Positions 39,209 to 50,689 of a DNA stretch of 64,000 bases are shown here, in pieces. Source of the stretch: an uncultured bacterium (GTDB lineage: Bacteria > Planctomycetota > UBA1135 > GCA-002686595); NCBI GenBank assembly GCA_943787795.1, contig CALSNU010000006.1, positions 384,001 through 448,000 on the forward strand. Direction: 5' to 3'. Below the pieces are notes generated by a model, which was not told the origin of the DNA, ran no database searches, and worked only from the letters and a program-made list of their open reading frames with translations. Every line of letters begins with the position of its first letter. Positions within the stretch are counted from its first letter, which is position 1. Made by a program: the position numbers and the translations under genes.

Positions 39209-42200
39209 TCATGCCCGATCCAAGGCGGGCGCGCCCACCGGGGCATCCTCGGGGGAATCCTCGGGACCCGGGCCCTGAGGTCGCTCGCCGGAGCCACCGG
39301 CCTCCGCTCGCCCTCCGCGCAGGAACAGCCGCCGGCCCACCGAGATGAGGTCCTCGAGCACCACGTAGGCTGCGGGCACCAGGATCAGGATCAGCACCGT
39401 CGCCACCGCGAGCCCGAAGAAGATGCTGATGGCCATCGGCTGTAGAAAGCGTGCCTGGCCCGACACGAAGAAGGTCAGGGGCAGCAGGCCCAGCATCGTG
39501 GTCACCGACGTCAGGACGATCGGCCGGAAGCGCAGGCGGCCGGAGTCCTTGACCGCCTCTAGCATGGGCACCCCGCGGCGGCGCCGCTGGCCGATGAAGT
39601 CCACCAGGATGAGGCTGTCGTTCACCACGACGCCGGCGAGCGCCAGCAGCCCGATGAGCGACATCAGCGTGATCGAGCGGTCCATGATCGCGTGCCCGAG
39701 CACCATCCCCACGCCCGCGAAGGGGATGATGAACATGATCACCATGGGCTGCAGGAAGCTCTGGAAGAGCGTCCCGAGGATCAGGTAGATAAGCAGCCCG
39801 GAGAGCAGGGCCGCCGACCACAGCCCCGCCATGGACTTGGCCGTCTCGTCGGCCTGGCCCCGGAGCTTGAAGGACTCACCGGGCCCCATGGACTCATCCG
39901 CCGCCAACTCGACCCCGAGCGTGCGCAGGATCCGCGCCGAGTTCCCCTCCGTCTCCTCCACGTCGGCGCTCACCACCACCGCGCGCACGCGGTCCTCGTG
40001 GCCCACGGAGGAGGGGCCTCGCCCGATCTCGGCGTCCGCGACGGTGCGCAGGGGAACGCGTTGGGCCGGCCCGCCACCACGCGCGGGCAGCGTCACCTCC
40101 ATGCGCTCCAGCGCCCCGACGACGCTGCGCTCCGACTCGGGGTACTTGAGCACCACCTCGACCTCGTCCGGCCCCCGGCGAAGCGAGGCGACCTCGCGGC
40201 CCTCGAAGGCCGCGCGCAGCTCCATGGCGAGCCCCGCCTCGGTCAGGCCCGCGAGGCGGCCCTGCTCGTTCGGTACCAGCTCCACCCGCCCCTTGCCGCT
40301 GTCCAGGTCGGTGCGTACGTCACGGACGCCCGCGAAGCGCCCGAGGCGAACCGCCAGCTCGTCCGCCCGCACCCGGAGGCGGTCGAGGTCCGGGCCGCTG
40401 AGGGCGACCTCCACGGCGCGCCCCGCCGGCCCCGTCTGGGGCTGCCCGATCTCGTAGCTCTCCACGAGCGCGGGCAGCGCGGCGAGCTCGGCTCGGAGCG
40501 CCTCGATGATCTCGGCCGTGGTCCGCGTGCGCCCCTCCCCCTCTCGCAGCTCGACCCACACCTGCCCCAGGTGCGGCCCGATCTCGAACTCGGAGACCTT
40601 CGACGCGGCCACCCCCAGCAGGGTGTGCTTGGAGAGCACCTCGCCGGCGCCGCTCTTGTCCACCATCCCCTCGACCGCCTGGCACAGCTCCTCGGTGTCG
40701 TCGAGGTTGGCGCTCGGATCGAGGCGCAGGGACACGAAGAAGAGCTGGCTCTCGAACTGGTCGAAGAGCACGAAGGGGATGCGCGTCACGCCCACGGCGC
40801 CCACCACGGCGCCCACCGCGAGGGCGAAGCTCAGGGTCGCGTAGCGCCAGCGGAGAGCGCCGGCCAGGAGGCGCGTGTAGGCGTCCTGCAGCGGGCTGTA
40901 CCAGCGGCGCACGGAGCCGCCGCCGCTCCGGATCTGCGCCTGCATGCGGGCCACTGCCCGCTTGGAGGTCCAGTGGGCAAGGTGCGAGGGGAGGATCGTG
41001 AAGGCCTCCACCAGGGAGACCACGAGGCACGCGGTGACCACGATGGGGAGCGGCCGGAGGAACATGCCCGTGGATCCGGGGAGCAGCAGGATCGGCAAGA
41101 AGGCCGCGATGCTGGTCATGATGGTCGCGATCACGGCGCGCCCGACCTCGGCGGTCCCCTCCACCGCCGCCACCTCGGGGGAATCCCCCTCCTCCATGCG
41201 CCGGTAGACGTTCTCGCCCACGACGATGGCGTCATCCACGATCATGCCGAGCACGACGATCAGGGCGAACATGGTGATCATGTTCATGGTCACCCCCACC
41301 GCGCCGGAGACGAGGATGCCGCCGAGGAATGCCAGCGGGATCCCGAGCGCGGTGACCAGCGCCACCCGCGGGCTCAGGAACAGGAGCAGCGCGAGCAGCA
41401 CCAGCCCCGCGCCCACCAACCCCGACTCGTACATGGTCCGCAGGCGATTGCGGACGTAGATGGAGAGGTCGCTGTTGGTCCCGATAGCCACACCGGGCTG
41501 CATCGAGTCCGAGCGGCCGCCCACGTGATCGAGCACCGTGCGCGCCACGTCGATGGCGTCGGCGCCCTCGTCCTTGTTGACCTGCATGTGCACGCAGGGG
41601 TGTCCGTTGAATCGGCCTCGCGACGAGCCGCGGGACGAGGCCTCCGTGAGCCGCGCGATCCGCCCGAGGGTGACCGTCGCGCCTCCGGGGGACGACGCCA
41701 CCGGCAAGGCCTCCAGGTCACGACCCCACTGGACGTCGCCGCCCACGCGCAGGAGCCGCTGGCGCTCATCCACCTCCAGGCTGCCCAGCGGCGCCTCCGC
41801 GAGACGGCCGCGGATGGCCGCCTCCACCACGTCCAGAGTGAGCCCGTGCCGGTCGAGCTCCTCGGGCACCACCTCGACCCAGATCTGCGGCTCGATCAGT
41901 CCCGTGGAGACGACCGAGGACACTCCGGGGAGCGCCTCCAGCGCTCGCGCCTCTTCCTCGGCCACCCGCTTCAGCACCAGGTCGTCCGCGGAGCCGTAGA
42001 TGAACACCGCGATGACCGGGAAGCGGTTCTCCACCTCGAAGAGGAGGGGATCCTCGACGTCGCCGGGGAGGCTCACATCGCCGCCGCGCACCCGGTCCCG
42101 AGCGTCCGAGAGCACCTTGCTGATGCTCGCCCCATCCGCCAACGTCAGATTGACCCGCGACACGCCCTCGCGACTCACCGAGCGCATCTCGTCCACGCCT

Positions 42201-42430
42201 TCGAGACCATCGAGGGCGTCCTCGATGGGCGCAGTCACGAGGCGCTCGACGTCCACTGGAGATGCACCGGGGTACACCGAGAACACCTCCACGGCCTCCA
42301 GGGAGAAGTCCGGGAAGACCTCGCGGGGCATCCCCCGATACACAACGAACCCGCTGACGATCAGCGCGATCATCGCCAGGTTTGCGCCCACCGGCCCGCG
42401 CACGGCCAGGCTGGCCAGCCAGCGGATCAT
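39209..42430 (-). CDS. RND efflux transporter permease
   Basis: GMIVDDAIVVGEN, GVVVNDSLIL and RFRPIVLTSVTT; 1073 aa. Confidence 0.92.
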   Translation of the reverse strand: MIRWLASLAVRGPVGANLAMIALIVSGFVVYRGMPREVFPDFSLEAVEVFSVYPGASPVDVERLVTAPIEDALDGLEGVDEMRSVSREGVSRVNLTLADGASISKVLSDARDRVRGGDVSLPGDVEDPLLFEVENRFPVIAVFIYGSADDLVLKRVAEEEARALEALPGVSSVVSTGLIEPQIWVEVVPEELDRHGLTLDVVEAAIRGRLAEAPLGSLEVDERQRLLRVGGDVQWGRDLEALPVASSPGGATVTLGRIARLTEASSRGSSRGRFNGHPCVHMQVNKDEGADAIDVARTVLDHVGGRSDSMQPGVAIGTNSDLSIYVRNRLRTMYESGLVGAGLVLLALLLFLSPRVALVTALGIPLAFLGGILVSGAVGVTMNMITMFALIVVLGMIVDDAIVVGENVYRRMEEGDSPEVAAVEGTAEVGRAVIATIMTSIAAFLPILLLPGSTGMFLRPLPIVVTACLVVSLVEAFTILPSHLAHWTSKRAVARMQAQIRSGGGSVRRWYSPLQDAYTRLLAGALRWRYATLSFALAVGAVVGAVGVTRIPFVLFDQFESQLFFVSLRLDPSANLDDTEELCQAVEGMVDKSGAGEVLSKHTLLGVAASKVSEFEIGPHLGQVWVELREGEGRTRTTAEIIEALRAELAALPALVESYEIGQPQTGPAGRAVEVALSGPDLDRLRVRADELAVRLGRFAGVRDVRTDLDSGKGRVELVPNEQGRLAGLTEAGLAMELRAAFEGREVASLRRGPDEVEVVLKYPESERSVVGALERMEVTLPARGGGPAQRVPLRTVADAEIGRGPSSVGHEDRVRAVVVSADVEETEGNSARILRTLGVELAADESMGPGESFKLRGQADETAKSMAGLWSAALLSGLLIYLILGTLFQSFLQPMVIMFIIPFAGVGMVLGHAIMDRSITLMSLIGLLALAGVVVNDSLILVDFIGQRRRRGVPMLEAVKDSGRLRFRPIVLTSVTTMLGLLPLTFFVSGQARFLQPMAISIFFGLAVATVLILILVPAAYVVLEDLISVGRRLFLRGGRAEAGGSGERPQGPGPEDSPEDAPVGAPALDRA

Positions 42431-43797
42431 CGGGCCTTGCCCCCAAGATCCCCGGAGCCTCCAGAGCCCATCGGGCCCCCGGAGCTGTCGAATGCCCCGG
42501 CGCCCTCCGACGCCGAGCCGGCGCCCTGGTCCGCCCTGACGATCTGCACGAGCGCGCCGTCACCCACCAACTGGATCGAGGAGGCCACGACCCGGTCACC
42601 GGCTTCGAGTCCAGCCCGGATCACCCGCCCTCCGTCGTACCCCCCAGGAGCGAGCGTAAGGGCGCGCTCCTCCACCCGCGCGGTTCCCTCTGGGTAGGCC
42701 CCAACAAGGACGTACGCCACGGGGCCGCCGCCGCGAAAGGCGATGCAGCGCTCGTCCAGCCAGATCGCATCCGGCAGAGGGGCGCCGCGCAGGGTCACCC
42801 CCGCTGCCGAGCCCGAGGGCAGGCCCTCCGCACCGTCAAACAGCGCCTCGACGACGACCGACCGGGTGATGGGCTGAACCTCGGCCCCCACGGCGGTGAC
42901 CGTCCCCTGGAGGATCAACCCGGGCCGGGACAGCGGCGCCGCCGTGGCCTCGGAGCCCGGTCCGACCGAGGCCACATCGTCCTCGTGGACCTCGGCGACG
43001 AGCCTCAGGCTCCCCACGTCCACCAACGTCCCGACCGGGACTCCCGGTGCTAACACCTGCCCGACCTCGGGCGGCGTCCCTCCCGGCACCCCGGGGACGA
43101 ACCGGCCCTCGAAGGGGGCCCGAACCGTGCACCGATCGAGCCGCGACTCCAGCAGGGCCAACTGCTCCGACCCGAGCTGGACCTCCAGCCCCCCTGCCGT
43201 CACGGCGGCGCCAGCGGCCTCGAGGCGCGCGCGCCCCTCCTCCACGGACCCCGCCGCCGCCAACGTCTGCTTCCGCGCGAGGTCATAGCGGGCCTGCTCC
43301 ACGCCGCTACCCTCCACAAGAGCCTTCCAGCGCTGCTCCTCGGAGCGGAGCAGCTCCAGCGTCTCCTCGGCCAGGCGCAACGCGGCCTCGGCGCGGGCCC
43401 GGTCGCTGCGGGCGGCCTCAGCCCCCGCCTCGGCCAGCTGAATGGCGGTCCGCTGGGCCATGATCTGAAGCTCGACCTCCTCGCTGGCCACCCGGAGCAG
43501 GAGAGCCCCCTCGGGGATCCGCTGGCCAGGGCGCAGCGAGGGGTGGAGCGCGGCAATCCGCCCCCCCAGCTCGCTGGAGACCAGGAATCGGCGGGAGGCC
43601 GAGAGCGTCCCCTGGAGCTCGACGGTGCGGGGAACCGGGCCCCGGATCACGTCCACGAACTCCACCGGAACGGGCCGTGGGCCCGGAAGCTCCCGCTCCG
43701 GGGCTGCGGGACGGCCCTGGACGATCTTGAGGGCGGTCCAGCCGCCGGCGGCCACCAGGGCGACCGCGATGAGGATCTGGGTGAGGGTTCGAAGCAT
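42427..43797 (-). CDS. RND periplasmic adaptor (membrane fusion protein)
   Basis: N-terminal TM segment, coiled-coil hairpin, VRAPFEG and GLEAGDRVV; ATGA coupling to the permease. Confidence 0.88.
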   Translation of the reverse strand: MLRTLTQILIAVALVAAGGWTALKIVQGRPAAPERELPGPRPVPVEFVDVIRGPVPRTVELQGTLSASRRFLVSSELGGRIAALHPSLRPGQRIPEGALLLRVASEEVELQIMAQRTAIQLAEAGAEAARSDRARAEAALRLAEETLELLRSEEQRWKALVEGSGVEQARYDLARKQTLAAAGSVEEGRARLEAAGAAVTAGGLEVQLGSEQLALLESRLDRCTVRAPFEGRFVPGVPGGTPPEVGQVLAPGVPVGTLVDVGSLRLVAEVHEDDVASVGPGSEATAAPLSRPGLILQGTVTAVGAEVQPITRSVVVEALFDGAEGLPSGSAAGVTLRGAPLPDAIWLDERCIAFRGGGPVAYVLVGAYPEGTARVEERALTLAPGGYDGGRVIRAGLEAGDRVVASSIQLVGDGALVQIVRADQGAGSASEGAGAFDSSGGPMGSGGSGDLGGKAR

Positions 43798-43962
43798 GGG
43801 TCAGGTACGGGTTCCTTCGGCGCTACTGGACTCAGCGACGCGCGACGGTTCCAATCTTCGCCCCGATCTTCTCGTCTCGGGCCCCCCTGGGCCCAGATCT
43901 CACCCGGTGGCCCCTGGGCCGCCATCAACTCCAGACGACGCCCTCGAAGGGCCCCGACTGTC

Positions 43963-45255
43963 TTGCAGCTCGAAGTCGACACCTCCACCGCGGCCACCGC
44001 CAAGGTCGCCATCACCGTCCCCTCCGACGAGTTCCAGCAGGAGGTCCAGAGTGGTCTTCGCAACGCCTCGCAGCATGTGAACATGAAGGGCTTCCGCCCG
44101 GGGAAGGTCCCCATGGCGGTGCTCGAGAAGAAGTTCGGCGACGGCATCCGCCGCGAGGTGAAGGAGTCCTTCGTGCAGCGCGGCTACGGCCAGGCCATGG
44201 AGGAGCATGGGCTCAAGCCCATGGCGCACCCCCGGCTCAACCCCGCCGAGCTCGACCTCGCCGACGACGGATCCTTCGTGGTGGAGTTCGAGGTGCCCCT
44301 GCGGCCGGACTTCGACCTGCCCGACTACAAGGGCCTCTCGATCACCAGCGAGCTGGAGCCCGTCATGGATGAGCAGATCGACACCACGATCGGCGAGATC
44401 CGGGAGCAGCAGTCCACCCCCGAGGCGGCCGGCGACGATGGCATCGACGAGAAGGGCTTCGTCATCGGCAACCTCTCCTTCATGGAGGGTGAAGAGAAGG
44501 TCTTCGACCGCGAGGGCATGCGCCTGAACGCCATGAGCGTGCCCCCCGGCGTCGACGGTGAGGCCTTCGCAGAGGGTCTCAAGGGCGCCAAGGAAGGCGA
44601 TCAGTTGACCTTCCCGATGACCATCCCGGACTTCGTCGAGAACGAGGAGGCCCGCGGCAAGGAGGGCACCTGCATGCTCGACGTCCAGCAGGCCATGAAC
44701 CTCACCCCGCCGTCCGATGAGGACCTGTTCGCCATCCTCGGCGATGAGGTCAGCGACATGGACGGGCTGCGGGCCTTCGTGTCGGCGCGCCTCGGCGAGG
44801 GCGCCGAGGAGCGCGAGAACAACCGTCAGGAGTCCGCGCTCCTCGACCAGGTGCTCGAGCAGTGCCAGTTCGATCTGCCCCAGGCCATGCTCGAGCAGCA
44901 GATCCAGGCGCGCCTCAACCAGCTCGCCCAGGAGCTTGCCGGTAACGGCACGTCCGAGGAGGACGTCCAGAAGGCCCAGGAAGAGCAGCGTCCCACCGCC
45001 GAGGCCGAAGCCGCCAAGGGCATGCGAGCCCTGCTGGTGGTCGAGTCCATTGGCGAGAAGGAGGAGCTCCTGGTGACCAACCCGGACCTCGAGACGGAGC
45101 TGGCGGCTATCGCGGGCCGAAACCAGACCACCATCGAGGAGGTCAAGGAGTACTACGAGCAGAACAACCTCGGCCAGCAGCTGGCGATCGAGATCCTGGA
45201 GAAGAAGGTGCGCAGGTTCCTCCGGGAGAGCGCCGATATCCAGAGTCCGGCCTGA
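43963..45255 (+). CDS. tig: Trigger factor (TTG start inferred)
   Basis: GFRPGKVP ribosome-binding motif, LPDYKGL and position upstream of clpP-clpX. Confidence 0.92.
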   Translation: MQLEVDTSTAATAKVAITVPSDEFQQEVQSGLRNASQHVNMKGFRPGKVPMAVLEKKFGDGIRREVKESFVQRGYGQAMEEHGLKPMAHPRLNPAELDLADDGSFVVEFEVPLRPDFDLPDYKGLSITSELEPVMDEQIDTTIGEIREQQSTPEAAGDDGIDEKGFVIGNLSFMEGEEKVFDREGMRLNAMSVPPGVDGEAFAEGLKGAKEGDQLTFPMTIPDFVENEEARGKEGTCMLDVQQAMNLTPPSDEDLFAILGDEVSDMDGLRAFVSARLGEGAEERENNRQESALLDQVLEQCQFDLPQAMLEQQIQARLNQLAQELAGNGTSEEDVQKAQEEQRPTAEAEAAKGMRALLVVESIGEKEELLVTNPDLETELAAIAGRNQTTIEEVKEYYEQNNLGQQLAIEILEKKVRRFLRESADIQSPA

Positions 45256-45365
45256 GCGTCCGGGCGCCCGAGCGGCGTCCGATCCGTGGCTCCTCAAGCG
45301 AGGGGCCAGGGCCCACCCACCATCTTCGCTTGAATCTGCGCCCCCCAACCTCTAGAGAAGGCGTC

Positions 45366-45989
45366 ATGCAGAACTACTACCCGGTCCCGTTTGTCATCGA
45401 GAAGACCGGTCGAGGCGAGCGGCAGTACGACATTTACTCCCGCCTCCTCGAGGATCGAATCATCTTCCTCGGCACCGCCATTGACGACAACGTCGCCAAC
45501 GCGGTCATGGCCCAGCTGCTCTTCCTAGACAAGACCGGCCGGAACCAGGACATCAAGATGTACATCAACTCGCCCGGCGGTTCCGTGACCGCGGGCCTGG
45601 CGATCTACGACACGATGCAACTGGTCGAGCCCAGCATCCAGACCTACTGCCTCGGGCAGGCGGCCTCCATGGGTGCGGTGCTCCTCTCCGGCGGCGCCAA
45701 GGGCAAGCGCTTCGCGCTCCCGCACAGTCGCGTCATGATCCACCAGCCCCACGGCGGGATGGGCGGCACCGCGCTCGACATGGAGATCCAGGTGCAGGAG
45801 ATCCTCAAGATGAAGAAGCAGCTTGAGGGCATCATGGCCCATCACGCAGGGCGCAGCGCCGAGGACCTCTCTGAGGCCTGCGAGCGAGACAACTTCATGT
45901 CTCCAGAAGAGGCAAAGGACTTCGGGCTCATCGACCACATCGTCGCCCGCGTCGAGGACGGCCCCGAGGCCACCTCTACCGAGGAATGA
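45366..45989 (+). CDS. clpP: ATP-dependent Clp protease proteolytic subunit
   Basis: [29 protein letters not shown] and ERDNFM. Confidence 0.97.
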   Translation: MQNYYPVPFVIEKTGRGERQYDIYSRLLEDRIIFLGTAIDDNVANAVMAQLLFLDKTGRNQDIKMYINSPGGSVTAGLAIYDTMQLVEPSIQTYCLGQAASMGAVLLSGGAKGKRFALPHSRVMIHQPHGGMGGTALDMEIQVQEILKMKKQLEGIMAHHAGRSAEDLSEACERDNFMSPEEAKDFGLIDHIVARVEDGPEATSTEE

Positions 45990-46175
45990 GCGAGGGGCGC
46001 TGATTCAAAACGGCGCCCTTTCCCAACCGAATTTGCCCATCGCGGGAATCGCTGAACTCACGCAGGGACGCGGTCACCTGAAACGCCGATCTAACCGGGA
46101 GCGCGCGGCACTCGCCGCCGCTCCCTTTCTCATGTTGGTCCTGTTCGCATCCACGCAGGGCAATAGACTTCGTTC

Positions 46176-47660
46176 ATGAGTTCTTCACGACGCACCGGCC
46201 GCCAGGTCGAACGCTGCACCTTCTGCGAGAAGCCCCGTCACCAGGTCACCTCGTTGATCGCGGGCCCGCCGGGGGTCTACATCTGCAATGAGTGCATCGA
46301 GATCTGTAACTCGATCCTGCAGGAGGAGCAGCGCCGTAACCCCGCTTCGGGCGAAGCGGCCGAGACACCCGCGGCGCCGGCCACAGCCGCGGCTTCCGGC
46401 GGAGCGCTCGACCGAGACCGCCTGCCCACCCCGATCGAGATCGCGCGCAGCCTCGACGAGTACGTCGTGGGTCAACACCGTGCGAAGAAGGTCCTCTCCG
46501 TCGCGGTCTATAACCACTACAACCGTCTCCAGCGCCAGGGCCAGGTCGACAACTCGGCCACCGCCGATGTGGAGATCGAGAAGTCCAACGTCCTGCTTGT
46601 GGGCCCCACGGGGTCGGGCAAGACCCTGCTCGCCAGGACGATGGCGCGCATGCTGGACGTCCCCTTCGCCATGGCCGACGCCACGACGCTCACCGAGGCG
46701 GGCTACGTCGGCGAGGACGTTGAGAACATCCTGCTGAAGCTCCTTCAGTCCGCCGACTTCGACGTGGAGCGCGCCCAGCAGGGCATCATCTACATCGACG
46801 AGATCGACAAGATCGGCCGCACGACGGGGAACGTCTCTATTACCCGGGACGTCTCCGGCGAGGGCGTGCAGCAGGCGCTGCTGAAGATCCTGGAGGGCAC
46901 GGTCGCCAGCGTCCCGCCCCAGGGCGGACGCAAGCACCCCGAGCAGTCCTACATCCAACTCGACACCGCGAACATCTTGTTCGTCGTCGGGGGCACGTTC
47001 TCCGGGGTCGAAGAGATCATCGGCCGCCGAGTGGGCCAGTCGGTCATTGGCTTCGGCCGTGAGCAGCTCTCGGATAGCGCGCTCGAGGACGCCCGCAAGA
47101 AGTCGGTCGCCCCCATGGCGCCGGCCAACCTGCCGTCCTTCGACGAGTATGGGGCCCGGGACGAGTACGTCCGGTTCCTCCTGCCGAAGGACCTGATGGA
47201 GTTCGGCCTGATCCCCGAATTCATCGGGCGCCTGCCGATCATCGCCACCCTGGACACCCTCCGCCGGGAGGAGCTTGTCCGGATCCTGGTCGAGCCGAAG
47301 AACGCCCTGGTGCGCCAGTACCAGAAGCACTTCGAGATCAACGGCAAGGAGCTGGTCTTCGACGAGTCCGGCCTCAAGGCCATCGCCGACCTCGCCATCG
47401 AGCGCGAGACCGGGGTGCGTGCCCTGCGCTCGATCCTGGAATCGTTGCTGCTGGACCTTCAATACGAGCTCCCCTGCCGCAAGGACACCGACACCTTCAC
47501 GGTCAATGAGGGGGTCGTCCGGGGTGAGATCCAGCTCGCGCGAGGCCTGACCTCGGCTGATGTGGATGCCGAGGACGAGCTCGAGAAGCCGGCCGAGGAG
47601 CCGGCTGCGACCGACGATGAGGGCGACGGCGAGGCCGCGCCCGAGCGCGAGAGCGCCTGA
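46176..47660 (+). CDS. clpX: ATP-dependent Clp protease ATP-binding subunit ClpX
   Basis: C4 zinc finger, [34 protein letters not shown] and IGF loop. Confidence 0.97.
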   Translation: MSSSRRTGRQVERCTFCEKPRHQVTSLIAGPPGVYICNECIEICNSILQEEQRRNPASGEAAETPAAPATAAASGGALDRDRLPTPIEIARSLDEYVVGQHRAKKVLSVAVYNHYNRLQRQGQVDNSATADVEIEKSNVLLVGPTGSGKTLLARTMARMLDVPFAMADATTLTEAGYVGEDVENILLKLLQSADFDVERAQQGIIYIDEIDKIGRTTGNVSITRDVSGEGVQQALLKILEGTVASVPPQGGRKHPEQSYIQLDTANILFVVGGTFSGVEEIIGRRVGQSVIGFGREQLSDSALEDARKKSVAPMAPANLPSFDEYGARDEYVRFLLPKDLMEFGLIPEFIGRLPIIATLDTLRREELVRILVEPKNALVRQYQKHFEINGKELVFDESGLKAIADLAIERETGVRALRSILESLLLDLQYELPCRKDTDTFTVNEGVVRGEIQLARGLTSADVDAEDELEKPAEEPAATDDEGDGEAAPERESA

Positions 47661-47748
47661 GCCCGGCGCGCCCCCTAGCGGGCGTGAGTTCGCGGAGTTG
47701 GCCAGAAGCTGCGCCCCGATGGGGCACAGCCCGGCCTCCGTTGTCGCT

Positions 47749-48717
47749 ATGATCCGCCCCATGAATGGCGGGACAGGAGAGCAGCTGAGGATCAGGTATC
47801 ACCGGGACTTCGACGGGATGGTGTCGGGCGCCGTCCTCGCGCACATCCTGATGGAGCAGGGCGAGAAGCCCCTCCTGAAGAGCGTCAACTACGACGAGCG
47901 CTCGGGCTGGGAGACCTTTGAGGAGGGCAAGCGCTTCGCGCTGGTGGACTTCCACTTCCACCCGCGAGCCGAATACTGGTTCGACCATCACCCCACCACC
48001 TTCCTGACCGAAGAGCTCCGGGCCCAATACGCACCCTCCGCGCGGTGGAGCTGGGATGAGACGTCCCCCTCCTGTCCGCCGCTCATCATCCGGCACGCCC
48101 AGGAACACTTCGGCTACCAGCCGCCGGACCGGTTCATGGAAGCGGCCCACTGGTCCGACATCATCGACGCCGCGCGCTTCGAGAGCGTGGACCAAGCGAT
48201 CTTCGGAGAGGACCCTGCCCTGCGCTTGATGCGCGCCCTCACGGCGTCCCCCAGCCCGTCATGGGTGGACGAGCTCGGCACGGCCCTGATCACCGAGACC
48301 CTGAGCGACGTGGCCCTGCGGCCGGACGTCGAGAAGGTCTACGGGCGCGCAGCGCGGAACCGCGACAAGGCCCTCGATCAATTCCCGCCCACCGTGCTCT
48401 GGAACAAGGGTGGCGTGCTCTTCTACGACGCCGCCTCCTCCAAGATCCGGCGCGAGCGCTTCGCGCCCTTCTACCACCACCCCGACGTCTCCTACGCGGT
48501 GGGCGTCATCCCGACCCGCGCGGGGTTCCACATCACCTGCGGCGAGAACCCGTGGAATCAGCCCACCAACGGGGTGCACGTCGGCGAGATGATGGAGGAG
48601 TATGGCGGCGGAGGACACCGCGCCGTGGGCGGCGCCAACCCGCCCTCCCTGGCCGAGGCCAAGCGCCTCGGTGAGGAGTTTGCGGTACGCATCAAGGACC
48701 ACCTCGCTCGCGCTTAG
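47749..48717 (+). CDS. DHH/DHHA1-family phosphoesterase
   Basis: YHRDFDG, VDF, WFDHH and GGGH. Confidence 0.8.
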   Translation: MIRPMNGGTGEQLRIRYHRDFDGMVSGAVLAHILMEQGEKPLLKSVNYDERSGWETFEEGKRFALVDFHFHPRAEYWFDHHPTTFLTEELRAQYAPSARWSWDETSPSCPPLIIRHAQEHFGYQPPDRFMEAAHWSDIIDAARFESVDQAIFGEDPALRLMRALTASPSPSWVDELGTALITETLSDVALRPDVEKVYGRAARNRDKALDQFPPTVLWNKGGVLFYDAASSKIRRERFAPFYHHPDVSYAVGVIPTRAGFHITCGENPWNQPTNGVHVGEMMEEYGGGGHRAVGGANPPSLAEAKRLGEEFAVRIKDHLARA

Positions 48718-48724
48718 GCCCGCC

Positions 48725-49792
48725 GTGGAAGCCGCCCCGCCCGAAGTCCCCCGGTCCCTGCTCGAGGCCGACCTCCCGACGCTGCGCTCCTTCATCGTGG
48801 CGCGCGGCGGCAAGCCCTTCCACGCCAAGGTCCTGCGCCGGGCGGTGCTCGAGCGAGGCGTCCTGGCCTACGAAAGGATCACGGACCTCCCGGCCGGACT
48901 GCGCGCGATCCTCGAGGAGGAGCTCCCGATCTTCTCGGGACGCCTCGTGGATGAGCGGACCGCCGCAGACGGGACCCACAAGCTCCTGATCGAGTTCCCT
49001 GGGCGCGGAGAGAGTGAGACCCCGATCTCGGTGGAGACGGTCCATATTCCTCCGGCGCGACCCGAGCGAGACCCCAACAAGGGGGCCACCCTTTGCGTCT
49101 CCAGCCAGGCCGGCTGCCCGGTGGCGTGCCCCTTCTGCGCCTCGGGCCTCCTCGGTCTGGCCCGGAACCTCCGGGCCCATGAGATCGTGGAGCAGTACGT
49201 CCGAGGCCGCGCGCTCGGCCCGCTGTCGCGCTCGGTCGTCATGGGCATCGGCGAGCCCCTCTTGAACTACGCCCAGCTCTCCGCCGCCCTCGACACGGTG
49301 CGTGACGAGATGGGCCTGGGAGGCCGCAAGCTGACGGTCTCCACGGTCGGGTTTCCTGATCGCCTCAGGCGCCTGGCGCCGGACAAGCCGCGCTTCCAGC
49401 TGGCCATCTCACTGCACACGCCCGACCAGGAGCAGCGGGACCGCCTCGTCCCGGCCATGGCGGGGGTCCCCATCGAGGAGGTGCTCGCCGCCGGCGACGA
49501 CTGGTTCGAGAAGACCGGCCGCGAGGTGACCTACGAATACGTGCTGCTGGGAGGGGAGAACGACTCCGAGGGACACGCCCTCCGGCTCCGGGAACGCCTG
49601 AGCGGACGGCGCTGCAGCGTGAACCTGATCCCCTACAACCCGACCCCCGAGCTCCCCTTCTATCGACCCGAGAGCGGCTCCCCCGAGTACTTCCGGGACG
49701 TGCTCGTGGACGGAGGGCTGACCGCCACCATCCGCTGGTCACGTGGCCTCGAGGGCGCCGCGGCCTGCGGGCAGCTACGCCTCGTGCGCTGA
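48725..49792 (+). CDS. rlmN: Radical-SAM 23S rRNA m2A2503 methyltransferase RlmN (start approximate)
   Basis: CVSSQAGCPVACPFCAS (CxxxCxxC), MGIGEP, ISLH, VNLIPYN and AACGQL. Confidence 0.9.
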   Translation: MEAAPPEVPRSLLEADLPTLRSFIVARGGKPFHAKVLRRAVLERGVLAYERITDLPAGLRAILEEELPIFSGRLVDERTAADGTHKLLIEFPGRGESETPISVETVHIPPARPERDPNKGATLCVSSQAGCPVACPFCASGLLGLARNLRAHEIVEQYVRGRALGPLSRSVVMGIGEPLLNYAQLSAALDTVRDEMGLGGRKLTVSTVGFPDRLRRLAPDKPRFQLAISLHTPDQEQRDRLVPAMAGVPIEEVLAAGDDWFEKTGREVTYEYVLLGGENDSEGHALRLRERLSGRRCSVNLIPYNPTPELPFYRPESGSPEYFRDVLVDGGLTATIRWSRGLEGAAACGQLRLVR

Positions 49793-50689
49793 ACGCGCCA
49801 CGCCGAGCGCCGAGACCACCGCGCGGGCCAGGTCCTGCGCAGCGCCCGGTCGGGCCCTGAGGAACAGCTCCGGCTCGATGAGCTCCAGCTCCATCAGGTA
49901 GGGCCGGCCATCGGACGCCTCGACGAGGTCGACCCGCGCATAGACCAGGCCGGCGCTCCCCGGGGTCGCGCGCAGGATCTGCTCCGCCTCCTCGCGTAGC
50001 GCGGCCGGCGGCTCCAGGACCTCGACCGACCCCCCGTGCTCCTCCTGCACCCTGAAGTCCCCGGGGGAGGAGCGCTTCAGCACGGCGTGGGAGTAACTGC
50101 CCGCGAAGTAAGTCAGGGACCACTCGCCGGCCTGCGGCAGCTCATCCACGAACGCTTGGACGAGAAAGTCCCCCCCGTTTTCGGCGGCCACTTCGGCGGG
50201 GATCCCGGCGCCCCGCTCGAGCACCGCTGTCCGCCATGCGCCGCCGGAGACCGTCGGCTTGAGGACGCCCCGGGCCGCCCCGATGCGCTCGAGGACGGCG
50301 TCCGCCCCGGTCCCCGTCTCCGTGGCGGCTCCCAGCTCGGTCGCCGTGACGAGCGCCGTCGCGGGGATCCGCGCCGCCCCCTCGCCGGCCAGCTCGAGCA
50401 GGTATCGCTTGTCGTGGTTCCAGCGCAGGACCTCAGGGGGATTGAGCACCGCCCCATCAAATTCCTCTGCCCACCGGAGGAACCGCTCCGGGTCCATGAA
50501 GTACTCCCAGGGCGATCGAACGAGCGCGCCGACGCAGCGAGGCACGGGGGGCGGCGAGCCCCAAGGCAGGACCACAACCTCCACGCCCCGCTCGGCGAAG
50601 GCCCCGGGCAGGCCCGCGTCGTCCGGCTGGAGCTCGGGCATCGCAGGGTCGGTGATGAGCGCGACGCGCGGCTGTCGGGGAGTCGCCAT
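49775..50689 (-). CDS. ATP-grasp protein (RimK/glutathione-synthetase-like)
   Basis: RSPWEY, WNHDKRYL, LKPTVS, DFRVQEEHGG, YARVD and MELELIEP. Confidence 0.8.
   Translation of the reverse strand: MATPRQPRVALITDPAMPELQPDDAGLPGAFAERGVEVVVLPWGSPPPVPRCVGALVRSPWEYFMDPERFLRWAEEFDGAVLNPPEVLRWNHDKRYLLELAGEGAARIPATALVTATELGAATETGTGADAVLERIGAARGVLKPTVSGGAWRTAVLERGAGIPAEVAAENGGDFLVQAFVDELPQAGEWSLTYFAGSYSHAVLKRSSPGDFRVQEEHGGSVEVLEPPAALREEAEQILRATPGSAGLVYARVDLVEASDGRPYLMELELIEPELFLRARPGAAQDLARAVVSALGVARSAHEA

Noticed and set aside
39692..42697. Long antisense or alternate-frame ORFs (e.g. 39692..42697, 9543..11174, 11287..12753, 16191..17876, 23865..25589, 46185..47762)
   Set aside because: Shadow ORFs of real genes caused by high GC3; no motifs
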